NCBI GenBank assembly: GCA_965287045.1
Contig: OZ336872.1
Coordinates: 93,682,001 to 93,746,000 of the forward strand
DNA: 64,000 nt
Origin: Carcharhinus amblyrhynchos
Lineage: Eukaryota
Direction: 5' to 3'
Below are positions 37,020-51,249 of the stretch, in pieces. A program made the translations under genes and the position numbers. The notes below the pieces were generated by a model. That model saw only the letters and a program-made list of their open reading frames with translations. It ran no database searches and had not been told where the DNA came from. Every line of letters starts with the position of its first letter. Within the stretch, counting starts at the first letter, position 1.

Positions 37020-39677
37020 AATGCTATTTAAATATTGGAGATCCCCTATTCTGATGGTAAAGATGGTTGTTCTGCAAAATTATTTAAGAATATCACAATT
37101 ATTTTTAAAATTGTGGGGCAACTAAACAAAATTTTAATAATTTTTATTAATTTGTTTTCTACCCTCCAGTAGTAAAGTTTTTCCATTTGTTTTGATCTCT
37201 GTGCCTACAAGGCTTTTCTGTATGATCCCTAAAAGCGGTTTGACATTTCTACTGCAGTCATTTTTTCCAGATGTTGCATGGCATTGAAATAACCTCCAGT
37301 TATGCTAAATAGCTATCAAACAAGTTTAGTGTGTAGATTTAAGGAAACATTTTGGGGTGAATTTTTATCCTCAAGATGTCGGCACGAGGAAATGGAAAAC
37401 TTACCAGTTTGGGACCTAATGCTATCAATCACACTCAATGTGAAGTTAAACTCACTTTACACTTTCCCACATGGTAAAAGATTGCCTCCACAATCCGTGT
37501 GTAACAAAATCATAAACTTTTGCATAAACAGTGCTGAGCATTTCACTATAGCATAGTCCATGAAGGAAATATTTCCATTCACAGACGCTTACCTAATTGT
37601 ACCTTTCTACTGCTCTCATTTATCTTTTCCATCTTAAATAAGGAATGAAGGGTGGGGTGAAATTCTTCTTTGGTTGGAGTATAAAATGAGTGACAGCAAA
37701 TCAGCAGCCCATTTTACACTGCACTTTTTTTTTTCCTATTGAAGTTGCTCATTCCAAACCACAACCGAAAACCTATTTCCACCTTGAAATGTCCAATTTA
37801 GCTCAAATTAGTGAATGGATCCACATTCACTAGGGACTGATTACAAGAAGGCTTACCATTATTATATGGGACCCTTGCAGCCAACAGACACTGGAGACTT
37901 TCATCCCATCAACATGGGCAGGACATTAAACCAGGCCCCAGAGTGGAAAGAACTGAGAGCTAATGCACGTTAAGAGGAACTGATGCTAAAATAGGTAGTG
38001 ATGCATAATGGTGGAAAAGAATGAAATTGAGCTCCAATCTCCAGAATTTCGAGGCAGACATGATGCATGGGCTCAATTTTAATGCTGTGCAAGTGAATGG
38101 GTTTTGAATAGTCAAAAGTCAGGCTTTTTGAACCCTTCTACACCTGCGCTCTTCATGCAAATAGAAAATGACAAGGGGATGTAAAATATATCCATACATT
38201 TCTCAGTACAGGTGAAGTCCAATAATATTCATAAATATTTAAGAGAACATTTATTGTGCTAAATGTCCTGTTTATAGTGTGGAGTGATCAATCCAACAAT
38301 ATATAATGCAAGACATTATAATGCATCTCTTTTAATCATATTGAGGCTGTCTTTAATGTAACATGTATTTGGTATGTTAAATGAGGTGCAACTACTATTG
38401 TAATAGTAAGAAAGGTGAAATTATTTCTTTCTGAGAGAGCATTTAGCAAATACTACTTTTGCTCGAGAGGAAAAAAGCTAAAAAAAGATGGGTTTTGCAA
38501 GATTATCCCAATATACACCCTTACTTGATTGAACACAGATTTAAGATTTGGGATAGGCTACATTGAGCAGAATTTGTGGGTGACAAGCTGGGAGGTGGAT
38601 TCCTCCTAAAATGCTGGAGCCATGGCAAAAGGGATCCTCTTGCAGTCCCTGGGCTATGCTATGGGCTATGTTGCCAACCTGCTGCCCACCTGGAGGTGGT
38701 CAGTGAATTCAAATAACTAATGACCTCTGGGGGGCCAGTTTGAGAGGGGCTGCTGGCATTTTGCCATTGGTGAATGGGCTCTGCCATTTAAGCCAATTGC
38801 CAGGTACAAGGAGGGTGAGGGGGCGGCAGGCATCAGAGCCACAGGATCCAAGCCTCATTGCAAAGGCCATCTCCATGGCCAATGGGTTTAGAGAAACTAC
38901 CACTCTAACTGTTGTCGTCTAATTGCCTGACTCTGACGAGAAGAAAAAAAAGTTCTTACTCCCCAGTAAGGGTGCCTCAAAATGGAGGTGGCCTTTCATT
39001 CTCCCTGCAACCTCAGTGTTGGCCATCGCTCTTGGTGCTGCCATGAGAGGCACTGATCAGATTGGCAGTGGAGAACCATTCTGCCATCCTTCAGTGCGAG
39101 CTCTGCGGTGGCCGATTAGAAGCTGCCTCCTGCCACTGCCGTCTGGCTGCCTACGTTATGCGCTTGGGACCCACATATGGTCCTGACATCAGGATTTACT
39201 CTGTTCAGAGAAAATCTAGACCAGTGTGTCCAATTTGTAGCACTCTAGGTTTTCCAGCTTTTAAATCAATCACTGAAAATTTGGAGGGTTGCTAATCAGG
39301 TATGATGATGAATCAGATCCTCTGACCTGCTTTCCTGTCTAGTGAGGCTCCATGCCAACACTGTACTTTGCCTTCAAATCATTTTGTTCACTGTAACATG
39401 AAATGCAAGGGACACTTGACAATGATGGCATTTACATTACCACAACATGTGTTTATAAAAAGTAAAAATAGACTTTCCAGTCACTTTTTTCTGCAGGCAG
39501 TGCTTTATCAAACTATAATTCTGAAATTTTAAATGTTTTCATAATCACCATTTTAAAGTATTTTTTGACAATTTAGCAGTTACATAAGCAAATTGCCTTT
39601 GGACCCAACTGAACTGTTTCTTACGAAATGAAAATGATGCAGCATTACTGATACAATAAATGTTATTGTGCTTTCAG

Positions 39678-39892
39678 CAATCTCAGATCCAAGCAACACA
39701 GTTCACAGGCCACAGCCTCTGCCTCCGACATCAGTTCACCAGAGCAGCCTCCCTTCTACTCCAGACAGCAGTTCAGCTTACTGCTTATCCACCAGCAGGC
39801 ATGGATTTTCAGGGTATACAGACAGCTTTGTGTCTCCTACAGGCTCTACCAATCCCATGAACCCAACAGTTAGCAACGGCCTCTCACCTCAG
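39678..39892 (+). CDS. PAX3: PAX3 coding exon (exon 7 equivalent): Pro/Ser/Thr-rich transactivation region
   Basis: Acceptor gtgctttcAG at 39677, donor GTcagt at 39893, 215 bp. Translates (A)[71 protein letters not shown], closely matching vertebrate PAX3 [17 protein letters not shown]...NGLSPQ. Confidence 0.96.
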
Positions 39893-41651
39893 GTCAGTTT
39901 TGTGATTCAAAACAGGGTGTCTACTGTATCTGTGAACCAAATAGTTTACTACCCAAGGCAAAACTGAAGAAGCATTTTCTAAACTTAAATCATTACACAA
40001 ATCTGACTGTGCAGCTCATGTGACCGCGAATTTGTGGCTACTCGTTGTTCAAACTAATCTTTCAGACACTTGCTTCCCTTGACACTTCAGAAGATAAACA
40101 TTTTGCTGCATCTATCATTTTTTTAGAAAAAAAATAAAATTCAGTCACACAGTGGAAAAATAATTGAAACATGATATTTAGAATAGCTACTAAGAAGTAT
40201 TGACAAATGGAACTAAAACCATTATCCAATGTGAAATTCAAAGTTACTGTAACAGCAGTATTGATAAATGTTCCCTACCTTGCAATTCACATTTTTATTT
40301 CAGTTGCTTCATGCATGTTTTTTTTCTGTTATTGTGCCTAACAGGTATATTTTACCATTCTTCATTTTGATTCAGACATAGACTGATATATGCAGCATAC
40401 AGTGTTTACGGTGTGATTCGAAAGTGCTACTTTATATATAGTAAATCTATAGACTGAATAGCAAATTTCAAGAGACAATTGATAAAAAGCATAAGAGTAA
40501 TTGACAAACAATATGCCCAGGGAGCTGTTTCTACAAGGACCTCTTTAGATGAGATTGTACTGATTCTACATGATTAATAGCCACTCTATTTGCTGAATGT
40601 AGCTCAGGAAATAATATTAGGTGCACAAATAGGAACTGTCAATATTGACTTGCCCTTTTGATTAAAATGTATGGGTTATCTTTCAATGCTTTGTTAAGCG
40701 ATTTTAACATTTAATATCGGAATGTTACTACTCTGCAGAACATCCATTTTGTTACCAGTGGGTCAGTAAATTATCCTCAGATGGAATGATTGCAGATAGC
40801 ATTGGAAAGGCCTTAAACTTTTTAAATGTATTACCAGCTGGTGGAAAGTTGACATTATCGTTTTATTAAAATATACTGTCTCCATTTGTCAGCGTAAGTT
40901 GGACACAGGTGTCATCTGATATGTACACCAGTTAATTTTTAATATTGGTCACAAGGGACCGGAATCTATAATTAAAAGTGAGTCATTTCAAAGCTAGGAG
41001 ATAGAGTGTTAAAGGTAGGATTTTCTTGAAAATCTTTCTATAAATTGAAGAACAGAAGGAAGCACGGAATGACATAAATGAAAAGTGAAAAGACAATTAT
41101 AGTCAATTACACACCAATCATTGGCTACTGCTACCGCCTGAATAGTAAGGGACATTTTAATAGGCAGAAAATTAGATTCTAATGGCACAAAGGGTGGCCA
41201 AAATGACTCCTTGCATCTGTGGCTTTTTATTCTTTATTTAATGTGCAGTTGCATCACACAATGTTGTTTCTGCTTTCTGCAGCGCACTGATAACTCAGAG
41301 ACCCAACAGTTCAGAGTATTGTAAAACTATAAAGACTGAATAAACAAATTTCCCCTTAAGGCAAATAGAAACCTTCCTGGTTTATTTTCACATTGAGCAC
41401 ACAATTAATTGACATCTTATTTTCTTTTTCCACAAGAAATTGATTAAGCGTGTAGCTGCATCAAACACCACGGAATGAGAAATTCTAAATGTCTTATGTT
41501 GAAAATACTCAAAAGCTCTTCACGTTGCCATCTCATTTATTGGTTCTGTTGTCATGAATATTGTGACCTCTGTATGCGACAAATATGTCATTGCAATGGA
41601 GGTGCTTTGATATTGTCATTTCCTGAGAAGTTTGCCCTTGAGGTAAAATAA

Positions 41652-41850
41652 TCATACAATCCCTAAAATGGGGAAAAAGGCCATTTGGCCCATTGAGTCT
41701 GCACCGATTCTCTGACAGAGCATTTTACCCAGGCCCACCCCTGGCCCTATCTCCATAACCTCACATTTACCCCACTAATCCCCCTAAGGGGACATTAAGA
41801 GACAATTTAGCATGGCCAATCCACGTAACTCGCACATCTTTGGACAGCGG
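41652..41850 (-). mobile_element. HE1 SINE 3' half (CR1-type tail)
   Basis: aggccatttggcccattgagtctgcaccg...caatttagcatggccaatccac.taac.cgcacatctttggac matches the copy at 12581-12909. Confidence 0.85.
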
Positions 41851-42099
41851 CACCATCATCTATTGCTATTTTTCAGTTCTATTAAGGAAACTGTTGGTTT
41901 GCAATGAAGAATAATTCTTGACAAGTTGCAGTTCAGCATTCAGAAATTATTTATATTTGTGCACTTTTGCCCTGCGCCTATCTTGACACTGCATGATTCA
42001 AGAACGAGAAAGTGTACTCATAGGCTGATTTTAACTCTTTGCAAGTGGAATGGTTTTGAATGGGTTAAAATCAGGCTCAAAAGTTATGTAAAATTATAG

Positions 42100-42590
42100 C
42101 ACAAAGGAACATGAATAGGATATTCTGCCCTCAATCATGTTGCATCATTCAGTTAGATCAAGGCTGATCTGCATTTCCTCCCCATTTACTCATATTCCTT
42201 GATAATCACACCCAGGAAAGATTTATCTCATTTTAAGATTTTGTCCTTTTGTTCTGACTTCCCCACCTAGAGTAAATAGATGATTGCTTTTGTCTGCCCC
42301 ATCAAATCCTTTTATCGTTTTAAGCACCTCAATTAGATTATGTTCTCCCCCTACTCCTCTCTATGTGACAGGAAATAAAAGATAAATTTGTGCAACCTGT
42401 TCACACAATTTAATCCTTTAAGCCCTGCTATGACTCTGGAAACTTTACACCCCACCCTTTCCCAAAGCTGATATATCCTTCCAGAGGTTGGTGGCCCAAA
42501 CTAATACAGTTCTCCAGATTTGGTCTGACCAAGTCCATGGCTGAAGCCTAAGTCCTTTGTATTCCAGTCCTTGTCAGAAAAAAAATCCAG
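42100..42590 (-). mobile_element. Degenerate CR1 LINE 3' fragment
   Basis: ttcagttagatcaaggctgatctg (CR1 3' UTR, reverse complement) and ggtggcccaaactaatacagttctccagatttggtctgaccaag (LVRP.LE.C..FW, reverse complement). Confidence 0.7.
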
Positions 42591-45500
42591 ATTTGTTTTC
42601 AAAAAGCTTGCGATATTTCAATTCTGACTTTTTTTTGGCTGTTTTTTCTTATTTCGTATTTTGCACTCCCTTTCACTCTGGCATACATTTAACCTGCTGG
42701 AAGTGCAGAATGAGGTACCGTTCAGCACATGTGAATGTCATGGTCAAGCTAAAATCAAGTGTGATGGGAATATTGAATCATACACCAACACATTCACAAT
42801 CAATACAAATTTCAAATCTTGGGGAATTTCTATGCCAATAGACCAGTTATGCCAGAACGATACTGGTAACTCCATAAATGTTGTGAACCCAAGTCATCGT
42901 ATTTCAAAGGAACTCATCAGTATCACAAATATCACCAGGGAACCAGTTAGAAAAAAAATGGTTTCTGAACCAAGCTGCTCTTTCTACTCTAGCTAATTTT
43001 ATAAGAACACAGAAATATATAAGATGAGAAATGGCCATTTGGCCTGTCACCTCCACATTCAAAATACTGGCATCTGAAACATCTTTTCCCCTAATGATTT
43101 TATTTATTCACCATTTATTACAATGTCTGTATCAAAAATCAATAAATATTAGTGTGGTTTTAGTTAGAGGATAAATAAAGAATTAACTCAGTTGCACATC
43201 TGTAGATGTTATCAGCCAGTGTCTACTCAAAGGTGACAGGCTGAAAGTCTCTGATCTACTTTCATCCTTAGCTTCTGAGGAAAGACCTTTGTTTTTATGA
43301 CCCAGGGCTTTAGAACACAGGAAGGATGAGTGAAACCAGGGTTGTTATAGCATCACTGACTCATGGGACGAATATGGTATATAAATTGTGTAATCGCAGC
43401 AGGCCCCATTCTTCATTTTAATACATCATTTACACTTGCTAATCATTTTCTTTCAAATGGTGCTTTCTTGGAATAAATTTAATAGATGCAAGCTAATAGC
43501 ATTGTTGAAGGCATTTTTTAAAAGATCATTCTATGTCTTAGAACTTCTCATTTTTTCTCATGTTTACTTCTCCGTCGTTCGATACTTTCAGTGAATCCCA
43601 ACATTTCAATTACAATTAAAGAACATTACTTGATCATTCCACAGGGTGCTTTAATGCATTTTCTTTCCAAACTAGTTTAACTTTTGAGAATTGTTCTGCA
43701 AGCTGCATTTCCCCATTGATAATAATATAAGCAGTTGTTAAAATATGTATACTGCAGTAATATTGCAGAAGTCTTTGATCAAAATCCTCTTTTGGTATGT
43801 AATCCATCAAGTTCAGTTTTACTACTGTATGGATTAAATGTCTTTCACTGTTTTGAAACCATGAAGGAATCTAGAATTTATGTCCATATTGGTGTGGGAA
43901 CTAAGTGCCCTTTCATTCTAAGCAGTGATATTATAGGTAATAAGATCTAGTTCAACTCCATGTGATGCATAAAGAATCATGGATACACAGGAATGAGTTA
44001 CAAAGCACACACAGTATCGAAGCATTTAGATCATGTCGTAAACCACAAGACCAAAGCTGGAACAATTTATCTGCATCATCTGAAATTCAAAGTTATGCTA
44101 ATGTATTTAACTTTGTTAGAGGTCTCTTTAAAGTATTTTAAAAATAGATTTAAAGTATATATCACTATATACTTTCATAAACTCAAAATCATTACCTCTG
44201 CAACATCTCATTGTTTATGACTCTTAATATAAGAACAAGTAAAATAACTTCTTTGTACTTCGTCCCTGACTAACGTACTTTTTGTGTAGCTTCCAAAGAC
44301 CGCCTTATTGAGAGTGTCATGTGAATGCAGTTTTTATGTGTGAAAGGTTAAGACTCTCAATGACTTCCCAGTCTTGGAGTCCCTGGAGTTTGTTATTGCT
44401 GATCTGTTGCCTTTTGATCTGTGTTTTGAATGAATGCATATTTCAAGCCATTGTGACAAAAATATTACAACACATGATACAAAATGGCAAAATTTGGTAG
44501 AAGAATGTTGTACATTTTCTTTAGTAAGGAGCCGCTGTTATGTATTGGATTATCCAGAATATGCTACAAGGTTAATACATTATGGAAAATCTCAATAGTT
44601 TCTTTATGAACATGTATTAATATTTAAACACTTACATCAACCTTCTATTCATTAAAAGTATAAGTCAAAAATAAAAAAGTTATTTCCTATCAATTCTTTC
44701 TGACCTGATATCCTGCCTCTTCACAACAGCAGGAGTTACCAATCTCCAATAATTACGCTGCAAATGAGCTTATTTAGGCGATCTCACAAGGAATACCTGA
44801 GAAATAGTCTTAAAGGGACATGATAATTTAAATACAATGCTACCTTATCAGTGAAATTTTAATGCCGGACTGCAGATTACCTTGACTAATATCACAAGAG
44901 ACTGGTTGGCATATTAAAACTTATCTGACACACATTGGCTTATAAATACTGTAATGTAAAAGGCTGTAACAAGGAGATATATAAAACCTGCCTGGAATAC
45001 TTTCCCAATGATTCTCCTCTCCCAACAATGCTGCAAATATTGTTCAACTAGTGCATCTCTTGAGGTACAGACAATGTTGCAAAACCCTATCCTGCCTTTG
45101 TATCAGAATGCATCGAAACATCAACTCAACCGTTTGTTGTTTGATTGTTAAGATCTCGGTTTTTGAAAGATTACAGGTAACAAGTTTCTTCTTGCTTTCT
45201 GGCTGCCTTTCATTAAAATGTAAGGCATGTTCTTGAAATTAAAAAGCTCAATGCGATATCAGTGTAAAGTTTCAACTGGATGTGCAGGAGAGAACATTAC
45301 ACCACAGAATGTAGTATTTGTAGCTTTGTACATTCTGAATTCAAATGGAAGTATTTTCAACCGGTAGGATAAACAAAATAGTTATTCAATATGTCCTGTT
45401 TCTTATTTATTGGAAATCTATTTATCAAATCAAGAGTTCTGTTTTTTTTAACTAAATAGTGAGTCCCAGGTACTGGGCCAAACAAATTTTTCACTTCTGA

Positions 45501-45879
45501 TTGAGTAACAATGCAGTTGAGACACATTATTTCATGCACTTTTTTTCTAATTTACATATCATTTAGCCATATGTCAGTGGGTAAGGAAAGGAGTCATAGA
45601 CATCTGAGAATATGTCCATTGAAAGTAAAATGCAATATTGGCAGTATTTACACTACGAAGTTTTGTAAATTTATTGTCTCATCTTTTCATTTCTTGGTTT
45701 TGTGACTTTTATAATGTTTAATTTTAATCTCAAAAAGCATTGATGCAATACTACTTACACTGTAAACTAAACCCTGAAGACAGGTAATGGCAAAGAACCT
45801 GATAAGTAACATCAGCAAAAATGTATAGAAAATCAGAATACTTCTGAAACTTCATGCAAAACTATGGGTAATTTATTTT

Positions 45880-46745
45880 GTTAGATTAAGTAGCTAGTCT
45901 GGCAAGTGGCAAATGCATTTAATATAATGGAATAGTACAAATGATCAGATTGGGGAAAGTTGAATTCGGAGACTAAATTCACTGGCCCACTCTGAAAGGG
46001 AGTACTGGTCAGAGAATCAATACTATATGTTAATACTCAAATTTATCCAAAAGTGAGGACATTGAAATAACCTGACAAAGTAAAAGGGATTTATGTACAA
46101 CATAGAGCATAGAAGAACTATTTGGGGGTACTCATAGATAACTCGCTGAAAACATTAGCACAGTGTGTGGCAGTTTTCAAAAAAGGGAAAAACAAGATGT
46201 TTGAACTGCATAGATGGAGGGATGAGTTTAAAAGCAGAGAAAGTGACAATGAACTTGTTCAAAACCATTCCCCTTCCACTATACAAGTAGCGTAAAGTTC
46301 CGATCATTGTATTAACTGAACATTTTGCAGCAAAGAGAGGTCAATAAGGGAAAAAAGACTGACTGACATCTTAGGCACCAGAGCTGTATGGAAAAGCTAT
46401 GGAAAATGGGAATGTGAACATCGGAGACCTTGCTGAAACATTCAACGACCATAGAGAAGTTAAATCTAAAAATACCTTTGGCGTAATCACACGATCCATT
46501 AAAAAATAACAGAAAAAGATGATCAGGAAAGCAGTGGATAGCATCCTGAAGGAACCTAGAGAAACACAGCAATATAATAGGGAGCCAGTATGGCTTTATA
46601 AGAGGGAGATCATGCCTGACGAATCTGTTAGAGTTCTTTGAGGAGATAACAAACTCCTTGGAAGGGGGAACACAGTGGATGTTGTTTAATCAGCTTGCAG
46701 CAAAGCTTTTGATAAAGTGCCACATAAACGACTAGTCCGCAAGGA
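45880..46745 (+). mobile_element. Degenerate CR1 RT fragments
   Basis: aagtggcaaatgcatttaat (KWQM.FN); agccagtatggctttataagagggagatcatgcctgacgaatctgttagagttctttgag (SQ.GF..GRSCLTNLLEFFE); aaagcttttgataaagtgccacat (KAFDKVPH). Confidence 0.75.
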
Positions 46746-49700
46746 CACCCACAGAAAGAAAACTCTCTGGGGATATTTTTAACCTAACCCGACCAAAAAG
46801 AAATTGACGGGATTGGGTCAGGCTGCCTGTTTTACATGTTGACCAATTTTATTTTCCACTGACTTCAGTGGAAGTGCTGAGATTATATAAAGTGAAAAAA
46901 AAACAAGATAAATGTCAAAATATTTAACAGATTTTTAAAAAGGAAATGGCCTTAAACCATATACAAAGTGCAGTTTTGGAAATCAGTTGTGCTTTCTTTC
47001 CTCCTATTATTTTGACTTGTCAAAGTTTGGTCTGACATTAACAGCTTGTAAAGTAATAAAAAAGATGAAACTACCCACATTGGTGATTAATCCAGGGCAA
47101 TGGAGAATCCCACTCCAAATACTCCTGTCAGAAATAGTAAATGAAAGGGTTAATTGCTTTTGACCATCAATGATCCAGCAGTAGCTTGACCCTCTTCTTG
47201 ATGATGAATGGAGGGTTACTGACCCGCATGTGTTTCGCATTAAGGCCAAGCTTTGCTGTGACATCTTCAAGAGCATTTATCAGGATTCCACTGACAGCAT
47301 GTTCTGTAAATGACAGAAAGCAAATGTGTAAGGGTCAGAAAGGAGTATGTCATCAGCTCCTGTATAATACATTTCTGAATCTAAAAACTGTCAGTAGAGT
47401 TTGAAACAAGAATGTTAATTCGCTGCAAGAAAATATGTATGAGGAAGACCTTATTTAGCTTGAGAATAATGAAATACGGTATAGCTTTTGCTAGCAATTT
47501 GATTCTCGAGATGATGCACCACAGTGGCAAAAGATGGATTATTAATCTGTGAATAAAATGTATTTTTTTTTAATACAGTGCAGTTTTCTGGTTCAGAGGA
47601 AAGAGAAATGAAATATAATCGTCCATCAGAAAATTTGATTCACTTAACATGGTCTATGGTTTTCACAGATGGGCTTTGGTATTAAAGGCAGCATTCCTTC
47701 ACTGACTTTACCAGTACCATGGGCTTTTTGTGTGATATCTAGCTGTGAAATATTTTACTGTTTATTCACATCAAATTACTCTTAACGGCTGCGATTTTAA
47801 TGATGTCAGGAGCAATTTAATTCAACACTCCCTCACAGAATCTGTGCGGGCATTGCAATACTGTTTCATTTACTTCAAATTAGAACTTGATTTCACAAAT
47901 TTTATGCTAAGAGCCCTTTGTTTCTCTGTCACTATTAAAATGCTGCTCAGTCTCAACCCTGAATATTGTTAAATTGGCACCACCAGAAGTGAATTATGTG
48001 ATGGTTGTGCATTTTACTTAGATATATATCTAGACACCGAATCTAAATATAGAGAAAGTATCTTAGCCTCACCATCTTCAAAACACTTTTCTACAAATCA
48101 CCAATGTACAAAATATTAGCAGTAGTAAGCAAAAGAGCATTTATTTGAATAAATAGCATAGTGATTCTTTAGTTTACATTCCTGTTGACGTATTAAATTC
48201 AGGTTTTTCTACTGCTAGTTGTTTTTAGTTTGCTTATTTGGTATTGATTCTAACTATCAATTACTAGTTACTAGTAGGAAAAGATAAAATAATCTGGGTA
48301 AAAGAATCAGGCAAAGTGCAAAATGTGCTACTGATTCTTAATCAGCTGTTTTGAAAATTATTGCCAAAGACCCAATTTCACACCCTAGATCCTTCCAATG
48401 ATTTCTCGTTATTTCGGAAGAATTTTCTGATTTATGATATTTATGAAATTTTACTTCCAGGAAACGAACAACATCCTTAGGTCATCAAATATTAGGTTGC
48501 ATTCTAGCATCAGCTGATGGCAATTGAAAAGTGTACATGAGAAATCCTTGTGTATTTTTGGGGATGAGAGCCAAGGATTTCCATTTTTATTTTCATTTAA
48601 TTAAGTTTAGAAGAGTTACATTTATTGCTTATGCCTGCCTATTCAGATCAACACCGTCTCCTTTGCAGAAATCTGAATTGTCCTAGTTTTCAAATGTAAA
48701 TGTAAAGGATACTAATTTGGCTAGGAGGAAATGAATGACACTTCGCTGGATCTTTTTCCGTACTTATGCTAATAAAAATTGTTAGTATCCTTGTTTACTG
48801 ATTTTCCAGCTTTTGTTTGTATCTATCGAATGCCACTTGCCTGACAGTAATTCAAGGAGCCAAGTTAACAATTTAATTTGCTCTGAAATTACACTGCAGG
48901 CCATGAGGCCCAAGACACAGAGTTTGTCTGAAATTCCTTTCCCTGTTCTTTTAGAGAAAAACCTAATCCATTTATTTTAACTGTGTTAGTGCCTGTGCTA
49001 AATTAGCAGGAGAATTTCAGAGTTAAACAGTCATGTTTCAGTATCTCACAGCATAATGTAAGGGCCTTTGTTTCCAGCTATTTTTTGCAGTTGTACTTTA
49101 TTTTCTGAATTTTCAAAAAATATGGAAATATTTCAATATAAGATTTAAAGGTCATGGATTTAAAAATAAAAAAAAGTTTTTTTACTTCCTCCTTTCGATG
49201 TTCAAAGTTAAAAAGCATATGGGTGGGATTTTTTGGCTACACTCACCCCAAGTCTGGAAAATCTCTCCTGAGGTCAACAGATCTTTGCATAGTCAGTGTC
49301 CTGCTTGCTACGATTCCTTTGGTAGGTGTATAATTCTGGTGTATAACTTTTTAAATAAAAGTCTTGGAAATCACACCACCGTTCACAGCCAACGGGATTT
49401 TCCCATCCTGCCGCAGTGAACAGAGATTTGGCTGGCCGTCAAATTCTCCAACTTGGCTGCAGCGGGAGTGTGGCGTGAATGGCCCCATAGTAAAATATTT
49501 ATGCTACATTGTTTCAAGTTCACTTATTAAAACACAGTTAAAACTAGAACTACAGGTAGCTGCTTTCTTACCCAGGGCTGGATTTTACATGCTCCTGCAG
49601 GGCATGTTTTTGATAAGATAGGGTAAGGAAAAGCATATAAAATAGATCAGGAAGTCCAACATTTTTCTGCCCACCTTCAACAGTTGGCAGGTGGGCACAA

Positions 49701-50923
49701 GAATTGGCAGCCCACCCACCCAACAATAGGCTTGCTAGCAAGTCTATTGATCTGGATATAATGCTCCTCATGCCATAGTATGGCTGGCATGGGCAGGCAG
49801 GGCGGGAGTGGGCAGGCTGTTCCTAATGACCTAAATGATAAAGGTCAGGAAAGAATGGGGAACCTCATTTGGGGGGCTGACCTGCGTGCATCAGGGCAAC
49901 CCTCCAGATGTCAGCCCCCACTTTCTTATTGCATCACCTGGCGGGGCAGGAGTGGAGCAGTCCACAACCCACAACCCCCTGTACAATGTTTCCCATTTAT
50001 CAAGCTTTAAGTTTTTCTATAATGTGGCTGACTGCTGTGCAAATCATTCTTTAAATTTATAGATAAACAAAATGCGGTAAAATCTGTAATGAATGTCTTC
50101 AATCCATCAAAAACAAATATTTTACACTTCTTTTATCACGTTAAAAGGAACCAAGTGAAAAACGAGAAAAAAAATTTCAACACCTTTTAACTATTTATCT
50201 TTGCCAGAGAATTTGGTGAAGAAAATGGAATTTTCAGCGAATAAATTGCTCCAATTGCTATGAATTGATATTTAAGTTATTTGGCTAATGTTAAGACATT
50301 CTGCATCTGTTGATAGTACAGTATTCTTATAATATTCCAAAAATGATTAACACAGCCGTGGAGTGTGTCCAAATTATAGTTCTCATTCAAAGCTACAACC
50401 ATCTCATTATAGTATTGAACTATTACTGAGCCACTTACCATAGGCCAGTTGAATGACACAGATCTGATAGGCACATCATATCTGAGATTAATTTTAACAC
50501 TTGGTGGCAAGTTGTGTAGTTGTTGATTACATTTTCCATGGAGTTGAAGTCATTCAAGGCAGGTTTGTTGATGATGTTCAACATAGACTTTAAATATTGG
50601 AAAATATGTCAGGGTAATTATTGCAGTGTGTGGTGACTTAAAACAAGATTGTTGATTTTTATAGAAATTACAGCATGGAAGGAGGCCAGTTGTTCTGTCG
50701 TGTTCAGCTAGTGTGAACTGATGAACTGGAGCTCACTACTGCAATTTCATTATCTTACATTTTATTCTGTCATTGTAAAATGTTTAAACCATTATTTTTT
50801 TTAAATGGTGCCACAGGACAGAGATTTAATTGTCAAGGGGAGATGTATTTGGGTGTAGGCAGTGGAATGGGTTAAAGCTCCAAAGAGTGGCATTCGTTTA
50901 TGAATCCAAGATGGGTTCAACCT

Positions 50924-51131
50924 AGGGAGAATTCTCTGGCCTCCCCTCCACATGTTTCTTGTGGCAGGAGGCAGGGCGCCATTCACTGGCGACTAAATCT
51001 TCTGGTCCTGACACCGTCAATAGGATTTCCCATTGACTGCACCCCACACCGCCAGGAAACCCGCAACAGGGATGCGCCATCGGCGGGACCAGAAGATCCT
51101 GCTGGTGTGATCAGTTGAAGAATTCCAGCCC
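50924..51131. mobile_element. GC-rich MITE (Harbinger-like)
   Basis: Termini agggagaattct and agaattccagccc; CpG-rich interior with a cccattgac core similar to other short elements (28871, 49219, 59280). Confidence 0.5.
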
Positions 51132-51249
51132 TGGGTCAGTTGCAGGTGAGTGGGAAATCCCTGGCGAGCTATGGAATAGGCAATTACAATATAACACGTC
51201 TGAAATTTGCTCCCAGGTTGGGAACACGGAGTTAAGTCATTTTCTGATC

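Noticed and set aside
42761-42841. VMGILNHTPTHSQ resembles the start of PAX3 exon 8 (VMGLLTNH)
   Set aside because: It is preceded by aagt rather than an AG acceptor, the similarity ends after a few residues, there is no SASCSQR or YGQYG motif, and a stop follows at 42839.
45781-45830. cagGTAATGG resembles an exon 8 start (VM...)
   Set aside because: It translates VMAKNLISNISKNV then stops, with no polypyrimidine tract and no PAX3 similarity. Exon 8 appears to lie beyond the window.
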